IMG/VR virus record: IMGVR_UViG_3300020172_006270
Location: 159,269-223,268 of that record
Length of the DNA stretch: 64,000 nucleotides
Strand: one strand, 5' to 3'
Shown here: piece after piece, positions 1 to 8,756 of the stretch
How positions within the stretch are numbered: position 1 is the first letter of the stretch
How the letters are laid out: each line of letters begins with the position of its first letter
Position numbers and translations under genes: made by a program
The notes under the pieces: model-generated
The model's database searches: none
Told to the model about the DNA's origin: nothing
Seen by the model: the letters and a program-made list of their open reading frames with translations, nothing else

Positions 1-352
1 TAGTCATCGCATTGCGAGTTGTTTGAGTAGCACCTGTAGCACTGAGCTTGCCCCCACCAGCAACTTGTTGGATAATTGTAGTCAATAGAGTAGCGGTTTT
101 GTTCTTATTCAGATTGTGTCTATCTAGCACCTGGAAAAGACGGTGAACTTGACGTTGAATGTCGTTGGTGATGCCTTCCATTTCCGCTGCTGCTTCTGGC
201 GGTGGATCACGGTCTGTCCCCTGACCAGGATTTTGTCCCTCTGGACTTGGACCTGTAGGTGGCATTTGATTAGCAGCCGGGTTCATCTGGTTTTGAGCAG
301 GCGGCATCCCGTCTTCTTCTTTTAAGCAAACAAAATCATGAAAACTTTTCAT
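1..352 (-). CDS. Hypothetical protein with CTS-like N-terminus (partial, runs off window start)
   Basis: Not in ORF track; manual translation MKSFHDFVCLKEEDGMPPAQNQ..., ATG overlaps the TAA of the upstream ORF (TAATG), open to base 1. Confidence 0.8.
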   Translation of the reverse strand, partial: MKSFHDFVCLKEEDGMPPAQNQMNPAANQMPPTGPSPEGQNPGQGTDRDPPPEAAAEMEGITNDIQRQVHRLFQVLDRHNLNKNKTATLLTTIIQQVAGGGKLSATGATQTTRNAMT

Positions 353-732
353 TATCCCCTCGATGCGGCTGGAGTTTGTGGTTCATCTTGAGGCAACATC
401 TGTGGTGGTTGCTGCTGTTGTGGAGTCATGGGCGGTTGTCCGTGGCCCGTTTGAGCCGCTTGTGGGTCCATGCCACCAAAGAACGCTTCCAGCGTCGAGG
501 ACACGATTGCTTGGGCAAACTGATCTCGTACTTCAGGTGGAACATCCCTGAAGGATTTGATCTTTGGATTTCCTTCACTTAATCGAAGCACTATGGCTTC
601 TTGAAGTTTCCCCACCCTGGGTGCAATAAACGCTTTCATGTCAGGGCTTGTAGGGAACTTCATTGACTTGATGTGATCCCACTCAGCATTTTGAGTGTTC
701 TCTTTGATTCGCCAATCTTTAAGTGATTTCAT
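352..732 (-). CDS. Hypothetical protein, CTS-like N-terminus, Q/P-rich tail
   Basis: MKSLKDWRIKE start; translationally coupled to both neighbours. Confidence 0.75.
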   Translation of the reverse strand: MKSLKDWRIKENTQNAEWDHIKSMKFPTSPDMKAFIAPRVGKLQEAIVLRLSEGNPKIKSFRDVPPEVRDQFAQAIVSSTLEAFFGGMDPQAAQTGHGQPPMTPQQQQPPQMLPQDEPQTPAASRG

Positions 733-1070
733 TATTGCACCGGATTCATGACAATAGTATGTGGGTCAGGCTCGTCAGATTGCCCGGTCTTGAGCAACTT
801 GCCGTTATCTTTAGGGTCAGGCGAAGCATCGGCTTGCCTGACCTTATCGAGAACATGCTTTACCTTGTCATGCCAACCAGAAATCTTTGTGGTTGGAATA
901 TCAAGCAATTGTGAAAGACCTTCTGAGTTGTTGATGACCAATAGAAAATCATCCCAAAACTCATCACGAACGCCTATGCCAGTGCGTATAGCGGACATGG
1001 CCCTATCATCTTGGGGCGTCTTTTCTTTCTGAGCTTGGATATTTTCCCACAGTCGTTGAAACGAACTCAT
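732..1070 (-). CDS. Hypothetical protein, weak CTS-like N-terminus
   Basis: MSSFQRLWE; SD AGGTGG upstream; coupled to next ORF. Confidence 0.75.
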   Translation of the reverse strand: MSSFQRLWENIQAQKEKTPQDDRAMSAIRTGIGVRDEFWDDFLLVINNSEGLSQLLDIPTTKISGWHDKVKHVLDKVRQADASPDPKDNGKLLKTGQSDEPDPHTIVMNPVQ

Positions 1071-1103
1071 TTCCCACCCTATTGAATGACAAAGCTATGT
1101 AAA

Positions 1104-1403
1104 TTAGTCTTCTGATACGATTTGAAGAACGTCGTCGGCATTGCCCAACACATATGTCTTCTTCAAATACATAGCTTGCGAATCAGTGGCGGTAAACGTG
1201 TCGCCGTGGTGCAAGTACCCCTTTGGACCAATACCTTGTGTATTAGTGTGTAACAAGCCAGGGATGTAAATGGTGCGAGTAGCACGCATGTTGTCAGCTT
1301 CAGAAACAGTCTCATTGCCTTCCAGCGTCGTGCGGTTTGGCTGCAAGAAACCTTGACGGTTTACTGTTTCAAGATTTACTCTAAATGTAATTGTTTTCAT
1401 CAC
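1104..1403 (-). CDS. Hypothetical protein, paralog of N-terminal half of 62537..63151
   Basis: SD GGAGG; shares FxVxL..QG, RTIY(I/V)xG and LxxGxxFT with the 62.5-kb ORF. Confidence 0.7.
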   Translation of the reverse strand: MMKTITFRVNLETVNRQGFLQPNRTTLEGNETVSEADNMRATRTIYIPGLLHTNTQGIGPKGYLHHGDTFTATDSQAMYLKKTYVLGNADDVLQIVSED

Positions 1404-1641
1404 TTCCTCCAGTATTGGAATTCTTCTCTGTATCTAGTTTAGGGTTACGCTTTTTCGATATTCCAAAGAATAGCTTTTCAGGGTCTATCTCCACTTGACC
1501 TGACTTGTTTTGAGAGACATTTCTGGATTTAGCTCCAGTTCTCCCGAAATCGAGATCGGCATTGGAACGGTTGTCCCATATTTCGCCCCCGCCTTCTGGC
1601 GCAGTCTTAGATAGCCATTCTTTGAAACCTGATAAACTCAT
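1381..1641 (-). CDS. Hypothetical protein, CTS-like N-terminus, probably leaderless
   Basis: MSLSGFKEWLSK; TAAATA 5 nt before ATG. Confidence 0.7.
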   Translation of the reverse strand: MSLSGFKEWLSKTAPEGGGEIWDNRSNADLDFGRTGAKSRNVSQNKSGQVEIDPEKLFFGISKKRNPKLDTEKNSNTGGSDENNYI

Positions 1642-1646
1642 GCGGG

Positions 1647-1652
1647 TATTTA
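1647..1652 (-). promoter_or_regulatory. Putative late promoter box TAAATA
   Basis: Recurring TANATA motif, resembles T4 late promoter TATAAATA; directly after a terminator. Confidence 0.6.
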
Positions 1653-1665
1653 GGGTTGGCGCAAC

Positions 1666-1699
1666 AAAAAAGCGGACCCGAAATAAATCGGGTCCGCTT
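1666..1699 (-). terminator. Intrinsic terminator
   Basis: Stem agcggacccga/tcgggtccgct followed by T-run on - strand. Confidence 0.8.
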
Positions 1700-1725
1700 A
1701 GGGAAGAGGGGGCTTCAGTCGAAGG

Positions 1726-2304
1726 TCACTGTTTTTCAAAACAGGCCCAAGCAACTTCTCCCATTACATTTGACATATGTGGGATAAGATTGCATTCTTT
1801 GATCGTATCTTCAATGTCTTTTTTTCTGATTTCAATCCAATTCCAACCACAAGTGTTTTCTTCATAATCGTGTGCCATTATGAAATCGCCCGGCTTCAGA
1901 TAAGGGGCGAAAACATTGAATTCTCTGGGCTTGTCTCCACCATCACAGATCAACAAAACTTTCTTTTCTTCCAATATCATCCTGACAATATCTTCTTTTC
2001 CTTCAAAAAACACATTCTCTATGTGTTTCGTCGCTCCATCAATTCGATATTTCATCCATTCAGTTACATCAAAAGTGTGGATTTCTGCAAAGGGATTAAG
2101 ATCGACCAACAACATTGTCAAGCCGCCAAAAGCAGTTCCAATTTCAATTATTGTGTCAAATTGTTTATCTTTGAAAAATTCTTTGAAGCAACCAATGATT
2201 TTTGGAGCTTGGCGCATTTCTGATGAGCCGCAATGACCTTTGTATGGGCCACCACCAGAGACATAATTGAATTTCATATTTACTCCAAAAAGCGGTCCCG
2301 ACAT
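1726..2304 (-). CDS. Class I SAM-dependent methyltransferase (CmcI/Methyltransf_24-like)
   Basis: IIEIGTAFGG motif I, LICDGG, IMAHDY. Confidence 0.7.
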   Translation of the reverse strand: MSGPLFGVNMKFNYVSGGGPYKGHCGSSEMRQAPKIIGCFKEFFKDKQFDTIIEIGTAFGGLTMLLVDLNPFAEIHTFDVTEWMKYRIDGATKHIENVFFEGKEDIVRMILEEKKVLLICDGGDKPREFNVFAPYLKPGDFIMAHDYEENTCGWNWIEIRKKDIEDTIKECNLIPHMSNVMGEVAWACFEKQ

Positions 2305-2347
2305 AATCGGAACCGCTCAGTGGGAGAAAATGGGGAGAAGTGGGAGA

Positions 2348-3307
2348 TTACTTCTTCTTGATTCCACGCCGAACTACGTTCTGGACGGGCATGGCTGCTG
2401 CCATCGAGACTGCGGTTGCACCATGATTGCCCGCAAAATCCGCACCAGCTTCGCCAGTCCAGGCAACCTTCATGGAGTTGGCAAACAAAGGTCCACCATT
2501 CCACGTTGGAGACGCCTGAACTTCATACTTCGGCTGACGACTCAAGACGCTGGCGAAGTCAACTTTCGGCAAAGCAGCCACATCTACCAGCACAGGAGCC
2601 GGTGCCGATTCCACAACATCTTCAGTGAAGTCGGCAACACTCAGGCTGTCTGAGGCGTAATTGGCCGCAGCGGTTTGTCCCATAGCTCGTTCGGCGAAAT
2701 ACTTCGCTTGACGATTACGCATATTGGAGAATCCCTTGCCCGCATCGGCTGAGGTCTTGTTAGACCATGATGCCATATTGGAAGCACTGGTTCCAACATT
2801 GTGTGAGAGTTGTTCCATATACTCCTTGGTGCAACCCATATAGGTGAACGTCCACTTCTTGGTGGCTTCGCATCCCTGGGTCAACTCTTTCAGAGCATCC
2901 CAACTGTAATGACGGTCTTGGTTGGTTTGACCATCAGAGATTGTCACGATCAAGTAGGCCGTATTGGGGTCTTCATGATCGGTCGTGTTCAGCAATTTCT
3001 GAACTGTATATCCCACTGCATCTCGCATGGCAGTATTGCCAAGCGGTTGGAATTCTTCGACATTTGCTTCCGACAGTTTTTCTGCTGGAACATTCCACAG
3101 ATGCTCGAACACTTCACCGTTGAAAGTTACCAACGAGCAGTAAATTTCCTGCGTCTTGGAGTCTTCCTTCAATTGTTGAACTTGTTCGTTGAACCCACTG
3201 ATTGCTCCGGCCTTCGTCGCAGCCATTGAGCCGGACTTGTCCAGAATGATGGCAACATACGTCTTGGGCTTTGCGACTGCTACTGCTACTGCTTTCTTCT
3301 TCGCCAT
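2348..3307 (-). CDS. von Willebrand factor A (vWA) domain protein
   Basis: MIDAS motif ILDKSGSM, T(AMRDA), VTISDG. Confidence 0.85.
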   Translation of the reverse strand: MAKKKAVAVAVAKPKTYVAIILDKSGSMAATKAGAISGFNEQVQQLKEDSKTQEIYCSLVTFNGEVFEHLWNVPAEKLSEANVEEFQPLGNTAMRDAVGYTVQKLLNTTDHEDPNTAYLIVTISDGQTNQDRHYSWDALKELTQGCEATKKWTFTYMGCTKEYMEQLSHNVGTSASNMASWSNKTSADAGKGFSNMRNRQAKYFAERAMGQTAAANYASDSLSVADFTEDVVESAPAPVLVDVAALPKVDFASVLSRQPKYEVQASPTWNGGPLFANSMKVAWTGEAGADFAGNHGATAVSMAAAMPVQNVVRRGIKKK

Positions 3308-3341
3308 TATGATGTACCTTATTTGAGATGTGTGCTAAGAG

Positions 3342-3381
3342 AAAATATCCTGCCCACATACGAATGGGCAGGATATATTTT
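3342..3381. terminator. Hairpin between co-oriented genes (terminator or processing stem)
   Basis: atatcctgccca/tgggcaggatat inverted repeat with A/T flanks. Confidence 0.6.
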
Positions 3382-3389
3382 GCGTTTGC

Positions 3390-4394
3390 TTACTTCTTGG
3401 GAGCGATGTTATTGGTGAAGGTTCCACCACCACCGGCCCGGAAGTTACGAGGCGACTGGTTGCTGATGTAAGCATTGGGCAGAGCAGGGCTTTGACCCCA
3501 AACTACTTGCTTACCCCCGGAAAAAGGGCTGGTGCTTTCGCTGCCTCCGTCGAGAGGAATCTTCAGCGTCGGAAGATCGCCGGTCTTAGCAAGTTCATCG
3601 AACTTGATTGCTGCCTTGCGGTAGCGAGAACGGAGTTTCTTCAGAGCGCCAGCTTCCATCACGGCGTCGAGAGTGTCATGGGCGATTTCATGCGTGACTC
3701 GCAGTTCGCCTTCATCCATTGCAACACGGATGAGTTGACGGACAGAAAGATCAACGCCTTCCCAGCTTCTACCAGTCTGATCGCACGTTCCGTCAGGACG
3801 CAACGGACGATCTCGATACAAAGGATTCTCGTCAGCGTAGTTCTCCGGCAATTCGCCGATTCGGTACGTCTTCTTGATGGCCCCGTTTACATCCACATCA
3901 TCACGACCAGGATAGCCGCCCTTGATTTCCGAGAGCAACTTGAACGTGGTGTCCACGTCCACAATTCGTCCATCGGAATAAACGATGAACTTTTCGCCCT
4001 TGGAAATTGTGGCAAGACGGACCCCGACTGCGTTGCTGTAGTCTTCGGGATCGAATGCTTCCACCAATTCACGAGGCGTCATTTTGTCGGCTTTTTTGCC
4101 GGAAACTGGACGCTTTTCGTCGGTCTTGGAAGCAGCAGATTTACTGCGGAAGATGTCGGCGATTTCTTTCGCCAAGACACGGGGCTTGACCCCGGTTGGG
4201 GATGCTGGCATACAGGCCAGTAAATCCTCATGGGACAGAGCAGAGAGTCTTTCCTCGCTGGTCCCGCCAGAAGCCTTTACGCATTGGATGAATTCGTCAG
4301 GGCTAAGATACCCTGCTTTGCCTTCACCACCCACGGCTTCGTTGTGTTCTTTGATTGCTGCGAGCGCAGCCTCGATACGGTCGTTGTACGACAT
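3390..4394 (-). CDS. Hypothetical protein (334 aa)
   Basis: Long ORF, SD AAGGTGA, downstream of sigma70-like promoter; no family recognised. Confidence 0.8.
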   Translation of the reverse strand: MSYNDRIEAALAAIKEHNEAVGGEGKAGYLSPDEFIQCVKASGGTSEERLSALSHEDLLACMPASPTGVKPRVLAKEIADIFRSKSAASKTDEKRPVSGKKADKMTPRELVEAFDPEDYSNAVGVRLATISKGEKFIVYSDGRIVDVDTTFKLLSEIKGGYPGRDDVDVNGAIKKTYRIGELPENYADENPLYRDRPLRPDGTCDQTGRSWEGVDLSVRQLIRVAMDEGELRVTHEIAHDTLDAVMEAGALKKLRSRYRKAAIKFDELAKTGDLPTLKIPLDGGSESTSPFSGGKQVVWGQSPALPNAYISNQSPRNFRAGGGGTFTNNIAPKK

Positions 4395-4477
4395 TGTTCA
4401 CCTTACTTCTATCTAACTTCTTCTAACTTCAGTGGATTTGGGAAACACTCCCGTCGCTCCACAACTGCGACATCTGA

Positions 4478-4505
4478 ATCTTACCTGAGCAGGACACGAA
4501 GTCAA
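4478..4505 (-). promoter_or_regulatory. Sigma70-like (early) promoter TTGACT-N16-TAAGAT
   Basis: Close to consensus; same architecture at 18363 and 23537. Confidence 0.6.
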
Positions 4506-4541
4506 GTCAGGTTTTTGATTCTGATCTAGTTAGCCGGTTGC

Positions 4542-5339
4542 TCAGTAATTTTTCCAAATCACTTCGACCTTTTTCTCTTTCGTCTTCTGTTGCGACGAGT
4601 GATTTGCAATCTTTTTCTTTTCGACATTCCATTCTTTATACAGTCGATTGTATAAAGGCGAAGCGTATCCGCTAATCATCGCTTTGCCCTGAAATGCGTT
4701 CAAAGCATGAGCCAATTCAATATGATCGTCGGTAGTCATTTCCGACGCATATACGGTTTTGGATACTCGTGTTTCGTGCAAATATGGTGGATCACAATAT
4801 ACGAAAGTATTTGGCGAGTTAAATGCCTTCATGACCTCGGTAGCAGGCTTATTGAAGATATAGACTTCTCTTATTCGCTCTGCTAAATCCGGCAAGCCTT
4901 TTACAGCGGTCATCCATGCGTTGACATCTCCAGGTTGACCGCCTCGTAGACGATTGCTCCAAGCAAATGCTTTTTTCAACCCGCCACGGCTCATGCGTCG
5001 AACAATAAATTCGTTAACCGCTTGATCCAGATAATCGTCGTACTGAGTCTTCTTGCTGGCTCTGTCGAATGTTTCTTCGCAATACTTGCAGAGGTTCAGA
5101 CGCCGAATCAACTCTCTCGGCTCATCTCGTAAAGCCTGATAGATTTGAATGACGTTTGGATCGAGATCGTTCATTATCTCGATGGCAGATTTTTCTTTAT
5201 TCAAAAGGACATTCGCACCCCCACAAAAGGGTTCCAAGTACGTCATTTCTTTGTACTGTTCAGGAAAATGCGAAATGATCCATTGTGCCAAATAGAATTT
5301 TCCACCGTGGCACTTAAACACTGGTCTGATGGTTTTCAT
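4542..5339 (-). CDS. DNA adenine methyltransferase (Dam/D12 class)
   Basis: GGK, YLEPFCGG (motif I), NDLD, YCDPPY (motif IV). Confidence 0.9.
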   Translation of the reverse strand: MKTIRPVFKCHGGKFYLAQWIISHFPEQYKEMTYLEPFCGGANVLLNKEKSAIEIMNDLDPNVIQIYQALRDEPRELIRRLNLCKYCEETFDRASKKTQYDDYLDQAVNEFIVRRMSRGGLKKAFAWSNRLRGGQPGDVNAWMTAVKGLPDLAERIREVYIFNKPATEVMKAFNSPNTFVYCDPPYLHETRVSKTVYASEMTTDDHIELAHALNAFQGKAMISGYASPLYNRLYKEWNVEKKKIANHSSQQKTKEKKVEVIWKNY

Positions 5340-5577
5340 TCGTAATCCCTTGCCCTATCTCGTTGTTGGTATTGGACTTAGGGGCGGCGTGTACCACATG
5401 CCCGCATTTATTGCAGACAAATTCAAAAGGTCCGTAACCGAGCCTTGATCCTTCCCAAAACCATCCTAGACCGGGGTATTTCGGATGACACTGTTCACAC
5501 AACACGTTCATCGTTCGTTCTTCTTCGGGGATTGACTCGTCCATCCAAAGATAACAATCTTCTTGCCGCACGTCCAT
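5314..5577 (-). CDS. Small Zn-finger protein (start revised to 5577)
   Basis: CxxCH and CxxCGH pairs; TAGATA 4 nt before ATG 5577. Confidence 0.65.
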   Translation of the reverse strand: MDVRQEDCYLWMDESIPEEERTMNVLCEQCHPKYPGLGWFWEGSRLGYGPFEFVCNKCGHVVHAAPKSNTNNEIGQGITNENHQTSV

Positions 5578-5628
5578 ACTGTATCTACTCCCGCATAAAT
5601 AAGTTGTTCTTAATAGAGGGTAAAATTC

Positions 5629-5973
5629 ATGAATCCATATTTGCAAGCCTGTCTTCCCGACCAAAGATTGTCAAAAGCGACCCTTTTGGCCATGTTGGAC
5701 AGTCATATTGACACATCAAAGGTGATTGTTGTGTCATCTGGTGAGATTATAGACGTGAGCCAACTGGCTCAAACGGAGATAAACCCTCATTTGAATGATG
5801 GGACGTGGGTGTACTACGAAGACCGCCTCCCAAGGAGGCTGTTGTTGACCAACCAGAACTGGAGAATAGTGAGCTTTAATTCGGCGTCACGTCTGGTTTG
5901 TGTACAGATATTTCCCGCATCGGGTATGCGGGTGCTAAATTTTACATTGCCTCAATTGACGGCAAAATTTTAG
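5629..5973 (+). CDS. Hypothetical protein
   Basis: SD GAGGG, TAAATA upstream. Confidence 0.6.
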   Translation: MNPYLQACLPDQRLSKATLLAMLDSHIDTSKVIVVSSGEIIDVSQLAQTEINPHLNDGTWVYYEDRLPRRLLLTNQNWRIVSFNSASRLVCVQIFPASGMRVLNFTLPQLTAKF

Positions 5974-6230
5974 CCCGCCATTCCGTCTCTAATGCCAACT
6001 ATTACTTTGTCATTTTTAACGGAATAGGCAATTTCGCACCAATCTGAATCCTTGGCAGGATTGTATTTGTGCTTCGCTCTAACCGCCTGGAGAGCCGCTT
6101 TTTCGTATTTTTGCACTATTGCGAGTGCCGCACGCAGTTTTTCAGATTCTTCTCTCGTAATCTCAATGGAGACGTTGGTTAATCCCCAAACTACTCCACT
6201 AGGACCACGTTCGACGCTTTCAAGTTTCAT
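5970..6230 (-). CDS. Hypothetical protein
   Basis: ATGA overlap with gdh stop. Confidence 0.65.
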   Translation of the reverse strand: MKLESVERGPSGVVWGLTNVSIEITREESEKLRAALAIVQKYEKAALQAVRAKHKYNPAKDSDWCEIAYSVKNDKVIVGIRDGMAG

Positions 6231-7492
6231 CTCTGGAAATATCCCTTGTTGCCCAAGCAGGCGTTCGCTGCATTGATTCGCTTCAAAGCTAAGACATATG
6301 CTGCTGTCCGAGCAGAAATATCGTGCTTCATATGCAAGGCGATTACTTTCTCGGTTGCATATACCATCATCTCTCGTAAATCATGATCGACCTCTGGCAA
6401 TGTGCGGCTGATCGCAGTTCGGTTTTGAAGCCATTCAAAATAGCTGACTACAACACCACCAGCGTTAGCCAGAATATCGGGAATCACTAACACTCCACGA
6501 TCATTGAGAATTGCATCAGCCTCATTTGTGGTAGGGCCGTTGGCCATTTCCAAGATCACCTTTGCTTTGATCTTGTCTGCATTGTTAATGGTGATGACGT
6601 TCTCAACAGCAGATGGAGCCAATACGTCAATATCGAGGGACCACAATTCTTCATTGGTGATCTTATCGCCGTCGCCCCATTCTTTGCCACCACTCTCATC
6701 GAGGGACTTGCGGCACGCCGATACATTGAGTCCGTGTTCATTATATGAACCACCAAACTCATTGGTCAGGGCCACCACCTTCAATCCAGAACGGAAGCAT
6801 TTCTCGGCCAACCAATATCCTACCTTTCCGAATCCTTGAATTGCAATTCGGATGTCTTCTGGGTTAGACGGGATATTCACTTTGCTGATACTGTTGTTGA
6901 GAACATTTTCCAGAACGTAATATCCACCATATCCGGTGGCAGAACTTCTGCCTTCAATGCCGCCCAGGGCAACTGGTTTTCCAGTGACAATATCCTTTGG
7001 GTGTCCACCTTTGATTCTTTTATATTCGGAGTACATCCACCCCATGATTCGTTCGTCGGTGTACAAGTCAGGCGCAGGCACATCGACATCAGGACCGATA
7101 AAGTCGATCATGGATGCGATATATGCTTTGCTGAGTCGTTCCAATTCACGGTGCGATAATTTTGTCGCATCAACGCAAATACCGCCTTTGGCACCACCAT
7201 ATGGCAATTTTAAGCACGCACATTTGAACGTCATCCACAGGGCAAGAGCCTCGCAGTGGTCAGCATCTACAGATGGATGGTAACGAATGCCGCCCTTTGC
7301 CGGGCCAAGAGTTGTGTCGTATTGGCATCTAAATGCCTGATACATTTTGAGAGTCCCGTCATCATGTCGCATTGGGATTGTGACATTCAGGGTCTTTTGT
7401 GGATATTGAAGTCGCTGCCAGCTTTCATCATCAATTTCAGCAAATTTATAGGCAGCATCAAGTTGTTTTTTGGCTTCTTCTAACATCGACAT
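6227..7492 (-). CDS. gdhA: Glutamate dehydrogenase (Glu/Leu/Phe/Val dehydrogenase family)
   Basis: GPAKGGIRYHP, LPYGGAKGG, DVPAPD, TGKP, QGFGKVG, EMANGP, PDILANAGGVVVSYFEW. Confidence 0.95.
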   Translation of the reverse strand: MSMLEEAKKQLDAAYKFAEIDDESWQRLQYPQKTLNVTIPMRHDDGTLKMYQAFRCQYDTTLGPAKGGIRYHPSVDADHCEALALWMTFKCACLKLPYGGAKGGICVDATKLSHRELERLSKAYIASMIDFIGPDVDVPAPDLYTDERIMGWMYSEYKRIKGGHPKDIVTGKPVALGGIEGRSSATGYGGYYVLENVLNNSISKVNIPSNPEDIRIAIQGFGKVGYWLAEKCFRSGLKVVALTNEFGGSYNEHGLNVSACRKSLDESGGKEWGDGDKITNEELWSLDIDVLAPSAVENVITINNADKIKAKVILEMANGPTTNEADAILNDRGVLVIPDILANAGGVVVSYFEWLQNRTAISRTLPEVDHDLREMMVYATEKVIALHMKHDISARTAAYVLALKRINAANACLGNKGYFQR

Positions 7493-7584
7493 GAAAAAAT
7501 CCCTCGCACGGTCTGGAATAATGAACCTACAATATTCTAGTATGCGAGGGAGCTAATTCGCAACTGCGAATATTACCAAACCCT

Positions 7585-7890
7585 TCACGGATTTCGACGA
7601 TCTCTAAGCCGTCTTTTTAGCTGCCTTTGTTCTGGTTCCGTTTCTGGCTCTAGTTCTTCGGGTATACTAGGTTCCACCTGTGGTTCTTCTTTTGGCTCCA
7701 CATCAATAGGTGGAGGGACAATTTGAGCAGAGTCGTCCTTCAAAGGACCAGCTTCTTCTTGCCAAGGCTCCACTGTTGGTTTGTCGCCCACGATTTCAGA
7801 AAAGAAATTGGGGTTGTTCTTTTGAACATAAACGCCGCATAGCGCTATAGCTAAGAATGTAGCTATTCCATAAAGGAAATTCCTATCCAT
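7585..7890 (-). CDS. Membrane-anchored Pro/Glu-rich protein
   Basis: N-terminal hydrophobic helix; SD AGGAGG. Confidence 0.7.
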   Translation of the reverse strand: MDRNFLYGIATFLAIALCGVYVQKNNPNFFSEIVGDKPTVEPWQEEAGPLKDDSAQIVPPPIDVEPKEEPQVEPSIPEELEPETEPEQRQLKRRLRDRRNP

Positions 7891-7918
7891 TTGATTGTCC
7901 TCCTATAACAAGGAATAT

Positions 7919-8743
7919 ATGCACAAAATATTGTTCAGCATCGTGCTAACCCTTTGTACTTTTTCCACTCTTGTATTTAGTGAAGAAAGAGACAAAACTC
8001 CAAGGAAGAGACAGGGAACCAATGCAGTTGATAAAAAACTGCACAAACAGTGTATTTACCCAACTGTGAAAATCACAGATGGAGACGAGTCTGGCGGTAG
8101 CGGCGTCGTTGTAAGATCAACCCAAGTCGGGGATAAATGGCACAATACTGTCGTTCTCGCAGCCCATGTTGTTGAAGATGAAGATGTCCTTGAAGTCCAT
8201 GTGGCTGAATACCAGAATTGGTCTGAAATCAAAGACTACAAAAAGCATCGCATGGTGAGCTATGCGATAGACCCAGCCAGAGATTTGGCTGTTGGTTACT
8301 TCGTAAGTGACCAGAAAATGCCAGTGGCAAAACTATGTTTTGAATCAAAACTTTACATAAACACTAAGGTATTCCATTGCGGATATGCCTTATTGGACGA
8401 TGTTAGAATTGACTATGGGCAAGTCACACAGCCTAAAACTCTTCTCCCTAAAGGGTTTCAGGGCTTGATTCGAGCCAATTGCTTTGCCTTTATGGGTGAT
8501 TCAGGCGGTCCATTGTTTTTGGAGGACAATTACCAAGTAATTGGAATTTGTGTCGGCATCCGTTCTCACAGGCACACATTGCTTTCTAATGTGTCTTATT
8601 ATCGTCCTATCTCGGACCTCAAAACTTGGGACGCAGAGCTAAATAATGCTCTTGAATCGGTATATACGGAGTCGGCGGCGTTGCCTTTACTTCCCTTTGT
8701 GAAGTTAAAACTGAAAGAATACGAATACCAGTTGCCAGAATAG
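7919..8743 (+). CDS. Secreted trypsin-like (S1) serine protease (start revised to 7919)
   Basis: Signal-peptide-like N-terminus; triad motifs LAAHVV, RDLA, GDSGGPL. Confidence 0.85.
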   Translation: MHKILFSIVLTLCTFSTLVFSEERDKTPRKRQGTNAVDKKLHKQCIYPTVKITDGDESGGSGVVVRSTQVGDKWHNTVVLAAHVVEDEDVLEVHVAEYQNWSEIKDYKKHRMVSYAIDPARDLAVGYFVSDQKMPVAKLCFESKLYINTKVFHCGYALLDDVRIDYGQVTQPKTLLPKGFQGLIRANCFAFMGDSGGPLFLEDNYQVIGICVGIRSHRHTLLSNVSYYRPISDLKTWDAELNNALESVYTESAALPLLPFVKLKLKEYEYQLPE

Positions 8744-8756
8744 TATGAGGAACTAA

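Noticed and set aside
3492-4223. 243-aa + strand ORF and similar long antisense ORFs (26625, 33930, 62573)
   Set aside because: Antisense shadows of codon-biased genes, with no SD or motifs.
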